A stretch of 64,000 nucleotides of DNA from an uncultured Clostridia bacterium (GTDB taxonomy: Bacteria; Bacillota; Clostridia; Tissierellales; Proteiniboraceae), in contig CAZUFW010000001.1 of assembly GCA_964619895.1 (NCBI GenBank), forward strand, positions 965-64,964, in the 5' to 3' direction. Positions 1-9,949 of this stretch are shown here, one piece after another. Made by a program: the position numbers and the translations under genes. The notes under the pieces were generated by a model, which saw only the letters and a list, made by a program, of their open reading frames with translations, was not told the DNA's origin and ran no database searches. Numbering within the stretch: the first letter of the stretch is position 1; each line of letters opens with the position of its first letter.

Positions 1-957
1 AAGCTTGTTACAAATATTTGATGTAACATCCCAAAAGTTAAAATATCCTTCTTCCTTACCTATTTGACTGTGAAATACCACTTGAAGCAGTAAGTCTCCT
101 AATTCATCTGCTAAAGCGTCCATATCATCATTATTAATTGTATCAACTACTTCATAAGCTTCTTCAATTATATATTCCCTTAAAGAGATATGGGTTTGCT
201 CTGCATCCCAAGGGCATCCTTCCTTTCCCCTTAGCCTTTCCATGATTCTCAACAAATCATTGATATCATATCTGGTTTTATTCTTTATTCTAGGTACATA
301 TACACTTGTTAAAAAACTTATGTCTTCTACTCTATCTAGCTCATATAGAGGGATTCTAAGTATCTTTTCTTCGTGCTTAATGCCTGCAGAATTAATGACA
401 AATACTTCATGCTCATCTCCATAGATTTCCATGAGGGAGAGCTTCAGCTCTGAAGCTCTCATTTTATCATACACTTGAGTTATTATACAGTCAATATTAA
501 TATCGGCATTTGTTTCATGGATATTTAATCCATCTATTACTTTAAGACCATTAATAGGGTCGTGGCCTACAGCTAATATTATAGGTTCAATGAAGCTTAA
601 CCCAGGTATTATTTCTAACTCTATAGTTTGCTTTTTTTCAAGCTCTTTTTGCATTGTAATTGTATTTTCAGCTACTAATGGATGACCAGGCACACAGTAG
701 GTAATAGCTTTATATTCTTGGGACTTTTTTACTAAATCTTCGACTATAAACTCATATACTTTTTCGAAGCTTTGCTGCTCTTCATACACATAATCATATG
801 AGCTATACTCTATTTTTTTTTCATCCAAATATTTTATTGTAGGATGTTTTTCTGTTCTTAAAAGAACTTTGTTTCCACTGCTAATTTTTTCTATAGCACC
901 TAATGTGAGGGATGAAATATCTCCTGGTCCTAACCCTACTACTACAATCTTACTCAT
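1..957 (-). CDS. mazG: YabN-type tetrapyrrole methylase / MazG nucleotide pyrophosphohydrolase (runs off the window edge)
   Basis: Not in ORF track. Manual translation from ATG at 957 (RBS GGAGGT) gives MSKIVVVGLGPGD...LRTEKHPT...YCVPGHPLVAE...GCPWDAEQTH...EEAYEVVD; sits next to yabM as in the conserved Firmicute block. Confidence 0.92.
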   Translation of the reverse strand, partial: MSKIVVVGLGPGDISSLTLGAIEKISSGNKVLLRTEKHPTIKYLDEKKIEYSSYDYVYEEQQSFEKVYEFIVEDLVKKSQEYKAITYCVPGHPLVAENTITMQKELEKKQTIELEIIPGLSFIEPIILAVGHDPINGLKVIDGLNIHETNADINIDCIITQVYDKMRASELKLSLMEIYGDEHEVFVINSAGIKHEEKILRIPLYELDRVEDISFLTSVYVPRIKNKTRYDINDLLRIMERLRGKEGCPWDAEQTHISLREYIIEEAYEVVDTINNDDMDALADELGDLLLQVVFHSQIGKEEGYFNFWDVTSNICNKL

Positions 958-1019
958 AGTTTACCTCCATATTTACTCTTATCATTGACAAATACTGTTT
1001 CCTTTATACATGTGTAGTT

Positions 1020-2630
1020 TTAGCTTTTCAAAAGCCCTTTAGATTTTAATTTTCTTGCAAGCTTTTCTCCTTTGGGTAAAAGCTCAAAGTCCTCTGTAGT
1101 TAGAGCACCGCTTAGAAGTAATGCAATAACATAGGCAATTCCACCTATTCCTATAGAAACTACAGTTGATATCTTGCTCCCTAATAGTCCGGAAGTATAT
1201 CTGAAAGTAACCCATACAGTAATAGTCATTATAAGTGCTGATATTATAGGTTTTAAAGCTACATCCATAAATTTAAATTGAACTTTTGTATATTTTTTAA
1301 CTTCAATAAAATTAAGTATGGCAGCAACTAAGTAAGCCATTATTGTACTTATGGCAGCACCTTTTACGTTGATTGAAGGCATTCCTGTAAGTATATAGGT
1401 AAATATAGTCTTTACTATAGCTCCTATGGCTAAATTCTTAACAGGTACCATTATCTTTCCTATTCCTTGGAGTATAGCCGTAAGAGATTGAATCAATGTT
1501 AAAAATATAAGGCTTAATGCTAAAATTTGAAGTATGGCTCCAGTACTTTGCTTTGCAGCTAAATCATAATTATAATATAGAAGATCAATAATAGGTGTAG
1601 ACAATATAAATAAGCCTAATGCTGATGGCAATCCAATAAGAAGAGTTACCCTAACTCCAGATTTGGTTATATTTCTAATATCTTGAAAATCTTTTCTTGC
1701 AAATGCACCAGACACCGCTGGCACTAAGCTCATTGCAATAGCCATAGACAATACTTGAGGAAGATTAATTAAAGTCTGAGCATTACCTGTAAGCTGTCCA
1801 TATAGCTCTGTAGCCTGTTTTTGTGTAAAGCCTATTTCTTGAAGTCTTCTCATTATAAGAAATGTATCTATTGTACTAATTATTGGAAGTATAGATGCTC
1901 CAATAGTAATAGGTATAGCTATGACTAAAATATCCTTTACTATCTTACCTATGCTTTCTGGTTTAGTAGCATCGCTGTTGTTAATCTCTTTTGTAATATT
2001 TCCTTTTTCTTTTATATATATAATTACTATAATAATCGTACCAGCTATAGCTCCTGCAGAGGCTCCAAATGAAGCTCCTCCTGCTGCTTCTGGAAGACCA
2101 ATGCTTATGAATTGATGTGCTAAAAACAATCCTACAAAAACACGAAACAACTGCTCAATAAGCTGAGATATGGCAGTAGGTGTCATAGTCTGCCTTCCTT
2201 GGAAATATCCCCTAAAAGCAGACATAATCGGTACGAAAAATAGTGCAGGTGTCATAGCAATAAGAGAATAATATGCTTTACTATTTCCAACTAAATCTAC
2301 AATATACCCTGCTGTAAAAAAGACAAATAATGAAGTTATTATGCCAGCTGTTAAAAAGCCCATAAATGATACTTTAAATACTCTATGAGCACCTCTATAG
2401 TCATATAGTGCCCTTTTTTCTGAAACTATCTTAGCAATGGCAGTGGGAAAACCTGAAGTGGATATTGCCACAAGTAATACATAAAGCGGATATGCTGTTT
2501 GATAATATCCCATTCCCTCTGGCCCTATCATATTAGAAAGTGGAATTCTGTAAAAGGCACCTAGTATTTTAACTATTATACCTGCTATTGCTAGTATAGC
2601 GGCCCCCTTTAAAAAATTATCTTTAGCCAT
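1020..2630 (-). CDS. SpoVB/YabM-family polysaccharide biosynthesis protein (MOP flippase)
   Basis: Multi-TM protein with KILGAFYRIPL and RGYFQG motifs; start moved to MAKDNF downstream of GGAGG; synteny with spoVT and yabN. Confidence 0.88.
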   Translation of the reverse strand: MAKDNFLKGAAILAIAGIIVKILGAFYRIPLSNMIGPEGMGYYQTAYPLYVLLVAISTSGFPTAIAKIVSEKRALYDYRGAHRVFKVSFMGFLTAGIITSLFVFFTAGYIVDLVGNSKAYYSLIAMTPALFFVPIMSAFRGYFQGRQTMTPTAISQLIEQLFRVFVGLFLAHQFISIGLPEAAGGASFGASAGAIAGTIIIVIIYIKEKGNITKEINNSDATKPESIGKIVKDILVIAIPITIGASILPIISTIDTFLIMRRLQEIGFTQKQATELYGQLTGNAQTLINLPQVLSMAIAMSLVPAVSGAFARKDFQDIRNITKSGVRVTLLIGLPSALGLFILSTPIIDLLYYNYDLAAKQSTGAILQILALSLIFLTLIQSLTAILQGIGKIMVPVKNLAIGAIVKTIFTYILTGMPSINVKGAAISTIMAYLVAAILNFIEVKKYTKVQFKFMDVALKPIISALIMTITVWVTFRYTSGLLGSKISTVVSIGIGGIAYVIALLLSGALTTEDFELLPKGEKLARKLKSKGLLKS

Positions 2631-2799
2631 AAAATATGCCTCCATTCTTGATTTAACTTATAAATCTATACTTTGGTCGAGTTTTAAATAAAATACCTAC
2701 TCAGTATTTTATTTAAAACTCTGAAACTCTAGAATACCGAGTTATAAGTAACAAATACTATTATATCAGAACGAGACTAGATAATGAATAAAAAATTTA

Positions 2800-2822
2800 A
2801 GCCTACCACTTATGGTAGGCTA
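2800..2822 (-). terminator. Intrinsic terminator of spoVT
   Basis: AGCCTACCA-ctta-TGGTAGGCT stem just after the spoVT stop. Confidence 0.65.
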
Positions 2823-2831
2823 TGTAATACA

Positions 2832-3383
2832 TTATTGTTCCATTTGTTTTGACAAAAACGCTGCAGCAGTTTCTGCAAGTTTAACTTCAATTTCTCCCAT
2901 TTTAACATTTGGTTCCTTTGTCATTAAGACTACAGCACCAATTGGATCTCCTTGTGTTACAATAGGTGCAATAATTTGATTATGATATTTTTCAGGATTT
3001 AGTTCATCAGATGCTAACCTTATTGGTTTACTTGTTCCGGTAGCTATATAAGTCTCTCTGCTTTCCATTATTTTTTCTAGTTCTGGACTTACCCGCTTAT
3101 CCAAGTATTCTTTTTTAGAACCTCCTGATATGGCTACAATACTATCTCTATCGCAGATAACTGAAGTGTGGCTAATACTTTCATACAAAGATTCTGCATA
3201 TTCTGTAGCGAATTCATTCAGTTCCCCAATAGGAGAATATTTTTTTAATATTACTTCTCCTTCTCTGTCAGTAAATATTTCTAAAGGATCACCTTCCCTT
3301 ATCCTGAGTGTTCTTCTAATTTCCTTTGGTATTACTACTCTGCCTAAGTCATCTATTCTTCTTACGATTCCTGTAGCTTTCAC
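2832..3383 (-). CDS. spoVT: Stage V sporulation protein T (AbrB-type regulator)
   Basis: MKATGIVRRIDDLGRVVIPKEIRRTLRIREGDPLEIF N-terminus plus GAF-like C-terminus. Confidence 0.97.
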   Translation of the reverse strand: MKATGIVRRIDDLGRVVIPKEIRRTLRIREGDPLEIFTDREGEVILKKYSPIGELNEFATEYAESLYESISHTSVICDRDSIVAISGGSKKEYLDKRVSPELEKIMESRETYIATGTSKPIRLASDELNPEKYHNQIIAPIVTQGDPIGAVVLMTKEPNVKMGEIEVKLAETAAAFLSKQMEQ

Positions 3384-3433
3384 TTATTTCCCTCCTCAAT
3401 AATAAAATGTAAATATATAACTTTCTGTTTACT

Positions 3434-3463
3434 TATTATTTTACTATTGAGATTATTTTATGC
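3434..3463 (-). promoter_or_regulatory. Possible forespore sigma-G-type promoter of spoVT
   Basis: Minus strand GCATA-N17-AAATAATA; spoVT is sigma-G dependent in B. subtilis. AT-rich context weakens the match. Confidence 0.35.
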
Positions 3464-3493
3464 ATATGAGGGAATTTTATAGCAGAAATAGAA

Positions 3494-3742
3494 AAAAGAC
3501 TGCCTAAGCAGTCTCGCAATTCAAATTTATTTGCTCACTATCACTTGCATAAATTTGGTCCTAACGGACACACTGATCATAAACTTATAATAAGGTTGGT
3601 GCTCGTTGCGTTTGAGCTATGCTGCAATTTCCCAAATCTATGATTTGGTGTAATTGCAGTACTCAGAAACTTGTTTTCTGAGCTTCCTTAATTTCTGATA
3701 AAAACATTCAGAAAATCGGGTTAGGTCGTAAAACAGTCTTTT
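3494..3742. repeat. ~250-bp multi-hairpin intergenic element bounded by AAAAGACTG ... CAGTCTTTT
   Basis: Terminal inverted repeat plus several internal stems (CTGCAATT/AATTGCAG enclosing CCAAATC/GATTTGG; CTCAGAAA/TTTCTGAG; GTCC/GGAC; TTCTGA/TCAGAA). Confidence 0.6.
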
Positions 3743-4766
3743 ATTTCCCATCTTTGTTTTCGGTTTTATCTTGTGTCTTGTCTTCTGTATTATTCTGTGT
3801 TTTGTCTTGTTCTTTATCTTTCTTAGGTTCAGTATTCATAAGAATTTCTATCTTTGCATTGTCTTTTAGTTCTTTAATTTTTTTGTCAAATTTAGCAGAT
3901 TCTTTGTTTTGTAAATCCTTCAACACATTGTCCTTAACTTGTTCAAATGTATCTTTTCTATCAGTAAGCTTGATAATATGGTATCCAAAATCTGTTTTTA
4001 TTACATCGCTAATTTCACCTGGCTTTAGTGCAAAAGCAGCCTTTTCAAATTCAGGCACCATTTTTCCTTTTGTAAAATAGCCTAAATCACCTTTTCTTGC
4101 TTCTGCTCCAGGTTCTGTTGATAATTTTGTAAGGTCTTCAAAAGATTCTCCACTTTTTATTCTTTTTAGGATATCCTTAGCTTCGTCTTCTGTCTTAACT
4201 AAAATGTGACTTGCTCTAATAGTAGTATATAGGTCTTTATTCTCTTCGTATTGTTTTTTTACATCTGCATCAGAAATAATTGAAGCAAAAAATTTATCTT
4301 TATATTTATCTATAATCATTTCTGTTCTCATTCTTTGTTTTAGAAAATCTTCTTTCATATTATTCTTTTCTAAAAACTCTTTAAGCTTTTCTTCTCCGCC
4401 TACTGAAGCAGTAAATTGACTTATAGCTTCGTTTACCTCTTCATTTTTTACTGTTATCTTTTCTTTTTCTGCATTTTGTAACATTACTTCTTCAGTTATA
4501 AGATTATTTAATACTACTTGCTTTAATTCTTCTTCAAAGGTCTTACCATTTCCTATATCCTTTGACATAATATCTGAGCCTAACTGGTTTTCGTACATTT
4601 TTTTATTTATATCGAAATTTATGTCATAATAAGATTTTGATATACCCTTTCCATTAACTATTGCAACTGAATCTTGCTTTGATACCCCACAACCATTTAA
4701 TATCATTAACAGTGTAAATACCATTGCTGTAGCAAGGATAAATTTTCTATTTATTCTAAATTGCAA
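3741..4766 (-). CDS. prsA: PrsA-type peptidyl-prolyl isomerase foldase lipoprotein
   Basis: Lipobox LNGC, SurA-like N-domain, parvulin motifs ASHILV, GDLGYF, GYHIIK. Confidence 0.92.
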   Translation of the reverse strand: MQFRINRKFILATAMVFTLLMILNGCGVSKQDSVAIVNGKGISKSYYDINFDINKKMYENQLGSDIMSKDIGNGKTFEEELKQVVLNNLITEEVMLQNAEKEKITVKNEEVNEAISQFTASVGGEEKLKEFLEKNNMKEDFLKQRMRTEMIIDKYKDKFFASIISDADVKKQYEENKDLYTTIRASHILVKTEDEAKDILKRIKSGESFEDLTKLSTEPGAEARKGDLGYFTKGKMVPEFEKAAFALKPGEISDVIKTDFGYHIIKLTDRKDTFEQVKDNVLKDLQNKESAKFDKKIKELKDNAKIEILMNTEPKKDKEQDKTQNNTEDKTQDKTENKDGK

Positions 4767-4805
4767 TTTTGACCCTCCTCATTTAAAGCCTACATACAAA
4801 TACTA

Positions 4806-7800
4806 TTATATATTATTTATGTCCACATGAAAACCACTAATTTTTTCAATTATTTTTTCTAGTTCTTGTAATATGCTTTCCTGAGACTTGTTCATAAGCT
4901 TATATTTGAAATTTGGAGTTTTGGATAAGTCAAAAGTCATTCTCCTACCATAAGTTAATACTAGTGCATTTATTAAGTCTGGAGTAATACACTGTGGAGA
5001 TTTAAACTCTAATTTAATAATCTCATCATTCTGAGATACAGAAATAATCTTTGCCTTACTGCAAAGGGACTTTATATATGATATCTTTAATAAATTAGTC
5101 ACTTCATTTGGTATCTCACCAAATCTATCCATTATTTCTTCTAAAACATCAGAATAATCTTGTTTATCCATAATAGACGATATTCTTTTGTATATCTCTA
5201 CTTTTTGTTCCTCATTTTCAATATATTTCTTAGGTATATATCCATCTACATTAAGTTCTATAGTAGTATCTACCTCTTCTTCTCGTTGTTCACCTTTTAA
5301 TTTCTTGATAGTTTCATCAAGGAATTTAACATACAAATCATAACCTATTGCAGCCATTTGTCCATGTTGTTCTGCCCCCAATAGGTTTCCAGCTCCTCTA
5401 ATCTCCAAATCCCTCATAGCTATCTTAAATCCAGAACCAAACTCAGTAAATTCTTTTATTGCCTTTAGTCTTTTCTCTGCAACCTCAGTTAATACTTTAT
5501 CTTTTTCATAAGTAAAGTAAGCAGAAGCAATTCTGTTTGAACGCCCTACCCTACCCCTTAATTGATATAATTGTGAAAGTCCCATTTTATCAGCATCATG
5601 TATTATTATTGTGTTTACATTAGGTATATCAAGACCTGTTTCAATAATGGTTGTACATACTAGGACATCTGTCTCTCGATTAAGAAAGTCCATCATAACT
5701 CTCTCAAGTTCTCTTTCACTCATCTGTCCATGACCAATGGCTACTCTAGCATCAGGGACTAATTTCTTCACTCTTGTAGCAAATTGCTGTATATTTTGAA
5801 CTCTATTATAAAGATAATAGACCTGTCCTTCTCTGCTAAGCTCTCTAACAATAGCATCTTTAACTAGCTGATCATTGTACTCAACCACGTACGTTTGTAC
5901 AGGATATCTTTCTTCTGGTGGTTCTTCAATAACACTCATATCCCTAATGCCTATTAGTGACATATGGAGAGTTCTAGGAATAGGAGTAGCTGTTAAAGTA
6001 AGGACATCTATTGTCTCCTTAATAACCTTAATTGCTTCTTTATGTTTAACTCCAAACCTTTGCTCCTCATCAATAATTAATAATCCTAAATCCTTAAACT
6101 TTACGTCCTTTGATAGAAGTCTGTGAGTTCCCACTACAATATCAAGATTCCCACTCTTTAAATCATTTATAATTTTCTTTTGCTGAGTTGTAGTTCTAAA
6201 CCTACTTAGCATCTCAACCTTTACTGGAAATTGATTAAATCTCTCAACTATTGTGTTGTAATGCTGCTGAGCTAGTATAGTTGTAGGAACTAACAGAGCT
6301 ACTTGCTTACCATCCATTATTGCTTTAAATGCAGCCCTTAGTGCTACCTCTGTCTTTCCATAACCTACGTCTCCACATAGTAGTCTATCCATAGGTCTAT
6401 CTTTCTCCATATCTTTCTTAATTTCTTCTATACATCTAAGTTGATCCTCTGTTTCTTCATATGGGAAAGCATCTTCAAATTGTTTTTGCCATGGAGTGTC
6501 TGGAGAAAACTTATATCCCTTAACAGTCTGTCTTGCGGCATAAAGCTTTACTAAATCTGATGCCATATCTTCTATGGCTTTTTTGACTTTTATCTTGGTT
6601 TTTGCCCACTCACTACTGCCAAGCTTGTTTATCTTAGGCTGTACAGTATCTGAACCAATATACTTTTGGATTAGATTCATTTGATCTATTGGAACATAAA
6701 GCTTATCTTCACCAGAATATTTAACAGCTAAATAATCCTTACGTACTCCCTGTACTGTTAATTGTTCTACACCAATGTATTTTCCTATACCATGACTTTC
6801 ATGTACTACATAATCTCCTATATTCAAGTCCGTAAAAGATGCAATCTTAGCAGTATCCTTTCTTGTTCTTGTAGTTCTTGTTTTCTTATAAGTCCCAAAT
6901 ACTTCCTTGTCACTTATGATTGCAAACTTTAGATTAGAATACTCAAAACCTCTACTTATACTTCCAGAAGTAATAAATACTTGGCCTGATTTTATTTCTC
7001 TAGATGAATCATCTACATAGCTGCACTCTATATTCCTTTCCAAAAGATTTTGTGCTAACCTAACTCCCCTTTCCTTAGTTCCAGAGAGTATAATAGTTTT
7101 ATAGCCTCTATATTTAAAATGTTCAAGCTCATCTGCCAAAATCTCAATTCTGTTATGGAAGGATTGCATACTCTTAATACTGAAATTTATAATAGCCTTA
7201 GGCTTAAATTTAGGGTTATTCTTTAAAAGATTTGTAGTAGTAATACATGTCACAGCAAGGATATTGTCTATAATAGCATCGTAAGTATGGAATATCTCCT
7301 GATGTCTTGATAGTACTTCTCCCTTTTCAAATAAGTCAGTATATTTATTTATAAAATCCTGTCTAATACCTTTAGCGCTTTCTTCAATTCTCTGAGGTTC
7401 ATCCACTATGACCAAAAAGTCACTTTTGAAGTACTCAGTAATAGTAGAAAGTTCCTGCTTTAAATAAGGAACTAATAAGTCAATATTTCCTATACTCAGT
7501 CCATTTGACAATCTATCAATATAGTATCTAAACTTTTCAGTTAAATTATCTATTATTCCAGTTTCGCCTTTTTTCTGGAGTTTTTTAATGCATGCATTCA
7601 AATCATTTTCAATGCCATTAATAATATTTTCAATCTCTCCATCTAAAAGCAGTATCTCTTTAATTGGAGGAATATGAACATAAGATAAATTTTCAATTGA
7701 TCTTTGAGTTTTTAAATCAAAAAGCCTTATAGAATCTATTTCATCATCAAACAGCTCGATTCTAAAAGGATTATGTGAATTAGCTGGAAAAAGGTCAATA

Positions 7801-8342
7801 ATTCCTCCCCTTATACTAAACTGACCTACTCCTTCTACCATATCCACTCTTTCATAACCCTGAATAACAAAAGTTCTAGATATGTGATTCAAGTCAATAA
7901 TCTGACCTAATTTAATATCAATTGTATATTCTTTTGTCAAAGCCTTTGTCATTATCTTGTTCATTATAGAATGAATTGAAGATACTACTACAATATTTTC
8001 ACCTCGGGCAAGTCTATCCATGATTCTTACTCTATGATTTGATACTTCATGACTATAGGCATCAATATCATAAAAGACTACTTCCTTAGCAGGAAATAGT
8101 TCACTGGTTTCTTTGCTAAAAAAGTTTAAATCCTCTAGTATTTTTTTTGCCCTTAATTCGTCATAGGTCATTATGAGAACCTGTCTATCTAAATGCTGAT
8201 TTAGCCCATAGGATATATGAGCTATATTTTCTTCTGACAAGCCGTGCAGGGCAATTGGCGATGATTTTTTATTTATTTCATTTATTAATTGGTCATATGA
8301 AGACAGATTTTTCAAACTGTCTATAAACATATTAACCTTCAT
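4806..8342 (-). CDS. mfd: Transcription-repair coupling factor
   Basis: 1178 aa; UvrB-like N-terminus, GDYVVHESHGIG, GDVGYGKTEVA, DEEQRFGV, QLRGRVGR motifs. Confidence 0.98.
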   Translation of the reverse strand: MKVNMFIDSLKNLSSYDQLINEINKKSSPIALHGLSEENIAHISYGLNQHLDRQVLIMTYDELRAKKILEDLNFFSKETSELFPAKEVVFYDIDAYSHEVSNHRVRIMDRLARGENIVVVSSIHSIMNKIMTKALTKEYTIDIKLGQIIDLNHISRTFVIQGYERVDMVEGVGQFSIRGGIIDLFPANSHNPFRIELFDDEIDSIRLFDLKTQRSIENLSYVHIPPIKEILLLDGEIENIINGIENDLNACIKKLQKKGETGIIDNLTEKFRYYIDRLSNGLSIGNIDLLVPYLKQELSTITEYFKSDFLVIVDEPQRIEESAKGIRQDFINKYTDLFEKGEVLSRHQEIFHTYDAIIDNILAVTCITTTNLLKNNPKFKPKAIINFSIKSMQSFHNRIEILADELEHFKYRGYKTIILSGTKERGVRLAQNLLERNIECSYVDDSSREIKSGQVFITSGSISRGFEYSNLKFAIISDKEVFGTYKKTRTTRTRKDTAKIASFTDLNIGDYVVHESHGIGKYIGVEQLTVQGVRKDYLAVKYSGEDKLYVPIDQMNLIQKYIGSDTVQPKINKLGSSEWAKTKIKVKKAIEDMASDLVKLYAARQTVKGYKFSPDTPWQKQFEDAFPYEETEDQLRCIEEIKKDMEKDRPMDRLLCGDVGYGKTEVALRAAFKAIMDGKQVALLVPTTILAQQHYNTIVERFNQFPVKVEMLSRFRTTTQQKKIINDLKSGNLDIVVGTHRLLSKDVKFKDLGLLIIDEEQRFGVKHKEAIKVIKETIDVLTLTATPIPRTLHMSLIGIRDMSVIEEPPEERYPVQTYVVEYNDQLVKDAIVRELSREGQVYYLYNRVQNIQQFATRVKKLVPDARVAIGHGQMSERELERVMMDFLNRETDVLVCTTIIETGLDIPNVNTIIIHDADKMGLSQLYQLRGRVGRSNRIASAYFTYEKDKVLTEVAEKRLKAIKEFTEFGSGFKIAMRDLEIRGAGNLLGAEQHGQMAAIGYDLYVKFLDETIKKLKGEQREEEVDTTIELNVDGYIPKKYIENEEQKVEIYKRISSIMDKQDYSDVLEEIMDRFGEIPNEVTNLLKISYIKSLCSKAKIISVSQNDEIIKLEFKSPQCITPDLINALVLTYGRRMTFDLSKTPNFKYKLMNKSQESILQELEKIIEKISGFHVDINNI

Positions 8343-8380
8343 AAAACCAGCTCCTTAGCTAAACACCTTTAGCCCAGGTT

Positions 8381-8962
8381 TTAAATGCCTGGGCTCTCAA
8401 TATTCGTATTAAATTCGTTCATCGCAGAACTTATGCCATTAGTAATAATCTTTTCAACTGCCGCAGCAGCTTGTTCGATAGTGTTATCTATAGTAATTCT
8501 ATCATCTTTAGAAAATCCACTTAGGACAAAATCTGCTAAGTCTTGGTGCTCGTTAGGTTTGCCTACACCTATCTTTACTCTCGGGAAGTTATCACTCTTA
8601 AGTAAGCATATGATAGACTTCATTCCATTATGAGTGCCTGCGCTTCCCTTTGACCTAATTCGTAATGAACCAAATTTTATATCCACATCATCTACTATCA
8701 CAATGATGTTTTCTAATGGTATCTTAAAGAAATTGTGTATATCTAATACACTTTCCCCACTTCTATTCATATAAGTCTGAGGCTTAACTAGCAGCACTTT
8801 TTCACCGCCAATTTGCATCTCTCCATATAAGGCCTTAAACTTAATTTTATTTACATTTACGTTATTTTTCTGGGCTATACAATCTATCGTATCAAACCCT
8901 ACATTATGCCTCGTCCCCTTATATTGGGTGCCAGGGTTGCCCAGTCCTATTACTGCATACAA
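8381..8962 (-). CDS. pth: Peptidyl-tRNA hydrolase
   Basis: GLGNPG, TRHNVGF, KPQTYMNRSG, HNGMKSI motifs. Confidence 0.97.
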   Translation of the reverse strand: MYAVIGLGNPGTQYKGTRHNVGFDTIDCIAQKNNVNVNKIKFKALYGEMQIGGEKVLLVKPQTYMNRSGESVLDIHNFFKIPLENIIVIVDDVDIKFGSLRIRSKGSAGTHNGMKSIICLLKSDNFPRVKIGVGKPNEHQDLADFVLSGFSKDDRITIDNTIEQAAAAVEKIITNGISSAMNEFNTNIESPGI

Positions 8963-8983
8963 ACAACCAACTCCTTTATGAGC

Positions 8984-9931
8984 TTAATCAAATATTCTGC
9001 TCACTGATTCATTCTTGTACACTCTTCTTATTGCCTCTGCCAAGATAGGCGCAACTGACACTACCTCTATTTTATCAATTTTCTTTTCCTCTGTTAATGG
9101 AATTGTATCTGTAACTACAAGTTTCTCTATAACAGAATTTTGTATTCTTTCAATGGCAGGACCTGATAATACTGCATGAGTACAACAAGCGAATACTCTC
9201 TTAGCTCCAAAATCCTTTAAAACACTTGCTGCCTTTGTCATTGAGCCAGCTGTGTCAATAATATCATCAACTATAATTGCATCTTTTCCTTCAATGTCTC
9301 CTATTACATTCATAACTTCTGATACATTTGCCTTTGGTCTTCTTTTTTCAATGATAGCAATAGGTAAGTCTAAAATGCTAGCAAAGTTTCTGGCTCTTTG
9401 AACTCCGCCAACGTCAGGTGATACTATTACTGTTTCACCAACTAGATTTTTTTTGCAATATTGTGCTAATATAGGTCCTCCAAGCAAGTGGTCAACAGGT
9501 ATATCAAAATAGCCTTGTATCTGTGCAGCATGTAGGTCCATAGTAAGTATTCTATCTGAACCAGATACTTCAAGAATATCTGCAACAAGCTTTGCTGTTA
9601 TTGGATCTCTTGCCTTTGCTTTTCTATCCTGCCTTGCATATCCGTAGTAAGGAACCACAACATTTATTCTTCCTGCAGAAGCTCTTTTCAATGCATCAAC
9701 CATAATCAAAAGCTCCATAAGATTTTGGTTTACAGGTGGACATGTAGGCTGAATCACAAATACATCATAACCTCTTACGGTTTCGTTAATATTTACTGAG
9801 ATTTCCCCATCACTAAATTTGCCAACCTCACTGTTACCCAAGGTTTCTCCAAGTTCAGCACAAATTTTTTCTGCCAACTCTCTATTTGCGTTACCCGAAA
9901 AGATTTTCAAGTCTCTTCCACTAATGTTCAT
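8984..9931 (-). CDS. prs: Ribose-phosphate pyrophosphokinase
   Basis: [11 protein letters not shown] and [14 protein letters not shown]-binding motif. Confidence 0.98.
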   Translation of the reverse strand: MNISGRDLKIFSGNANRELAEKICAELGETLGNSEVGKFSDGEISVNINETVRGYDVFVIQPTCPPVNQNLMELLIMVDALKRASAGRINVVVPYYGYARQDRKAKARDPITAKLVADILEVSGSDRILTMDLHAAQIQGYFDIPVDHLLGGPILAQYCKKNLVGETVIVSPDVGGVQRARNFASILDLPIAIIEKRRPKANVSEVMNVIGDIEGKDAIIVDDIIDTAGSMTKAASVLKDFGAKRVFACCTHAVLSGPAIERIQNSVIEKLVVTDTIPLTEEKKIDKIEVVSVAPILAEAIRRVYKNESVSRIFD

Positions 9932-9949
9932 TTTAATTCCTCCTATTTA

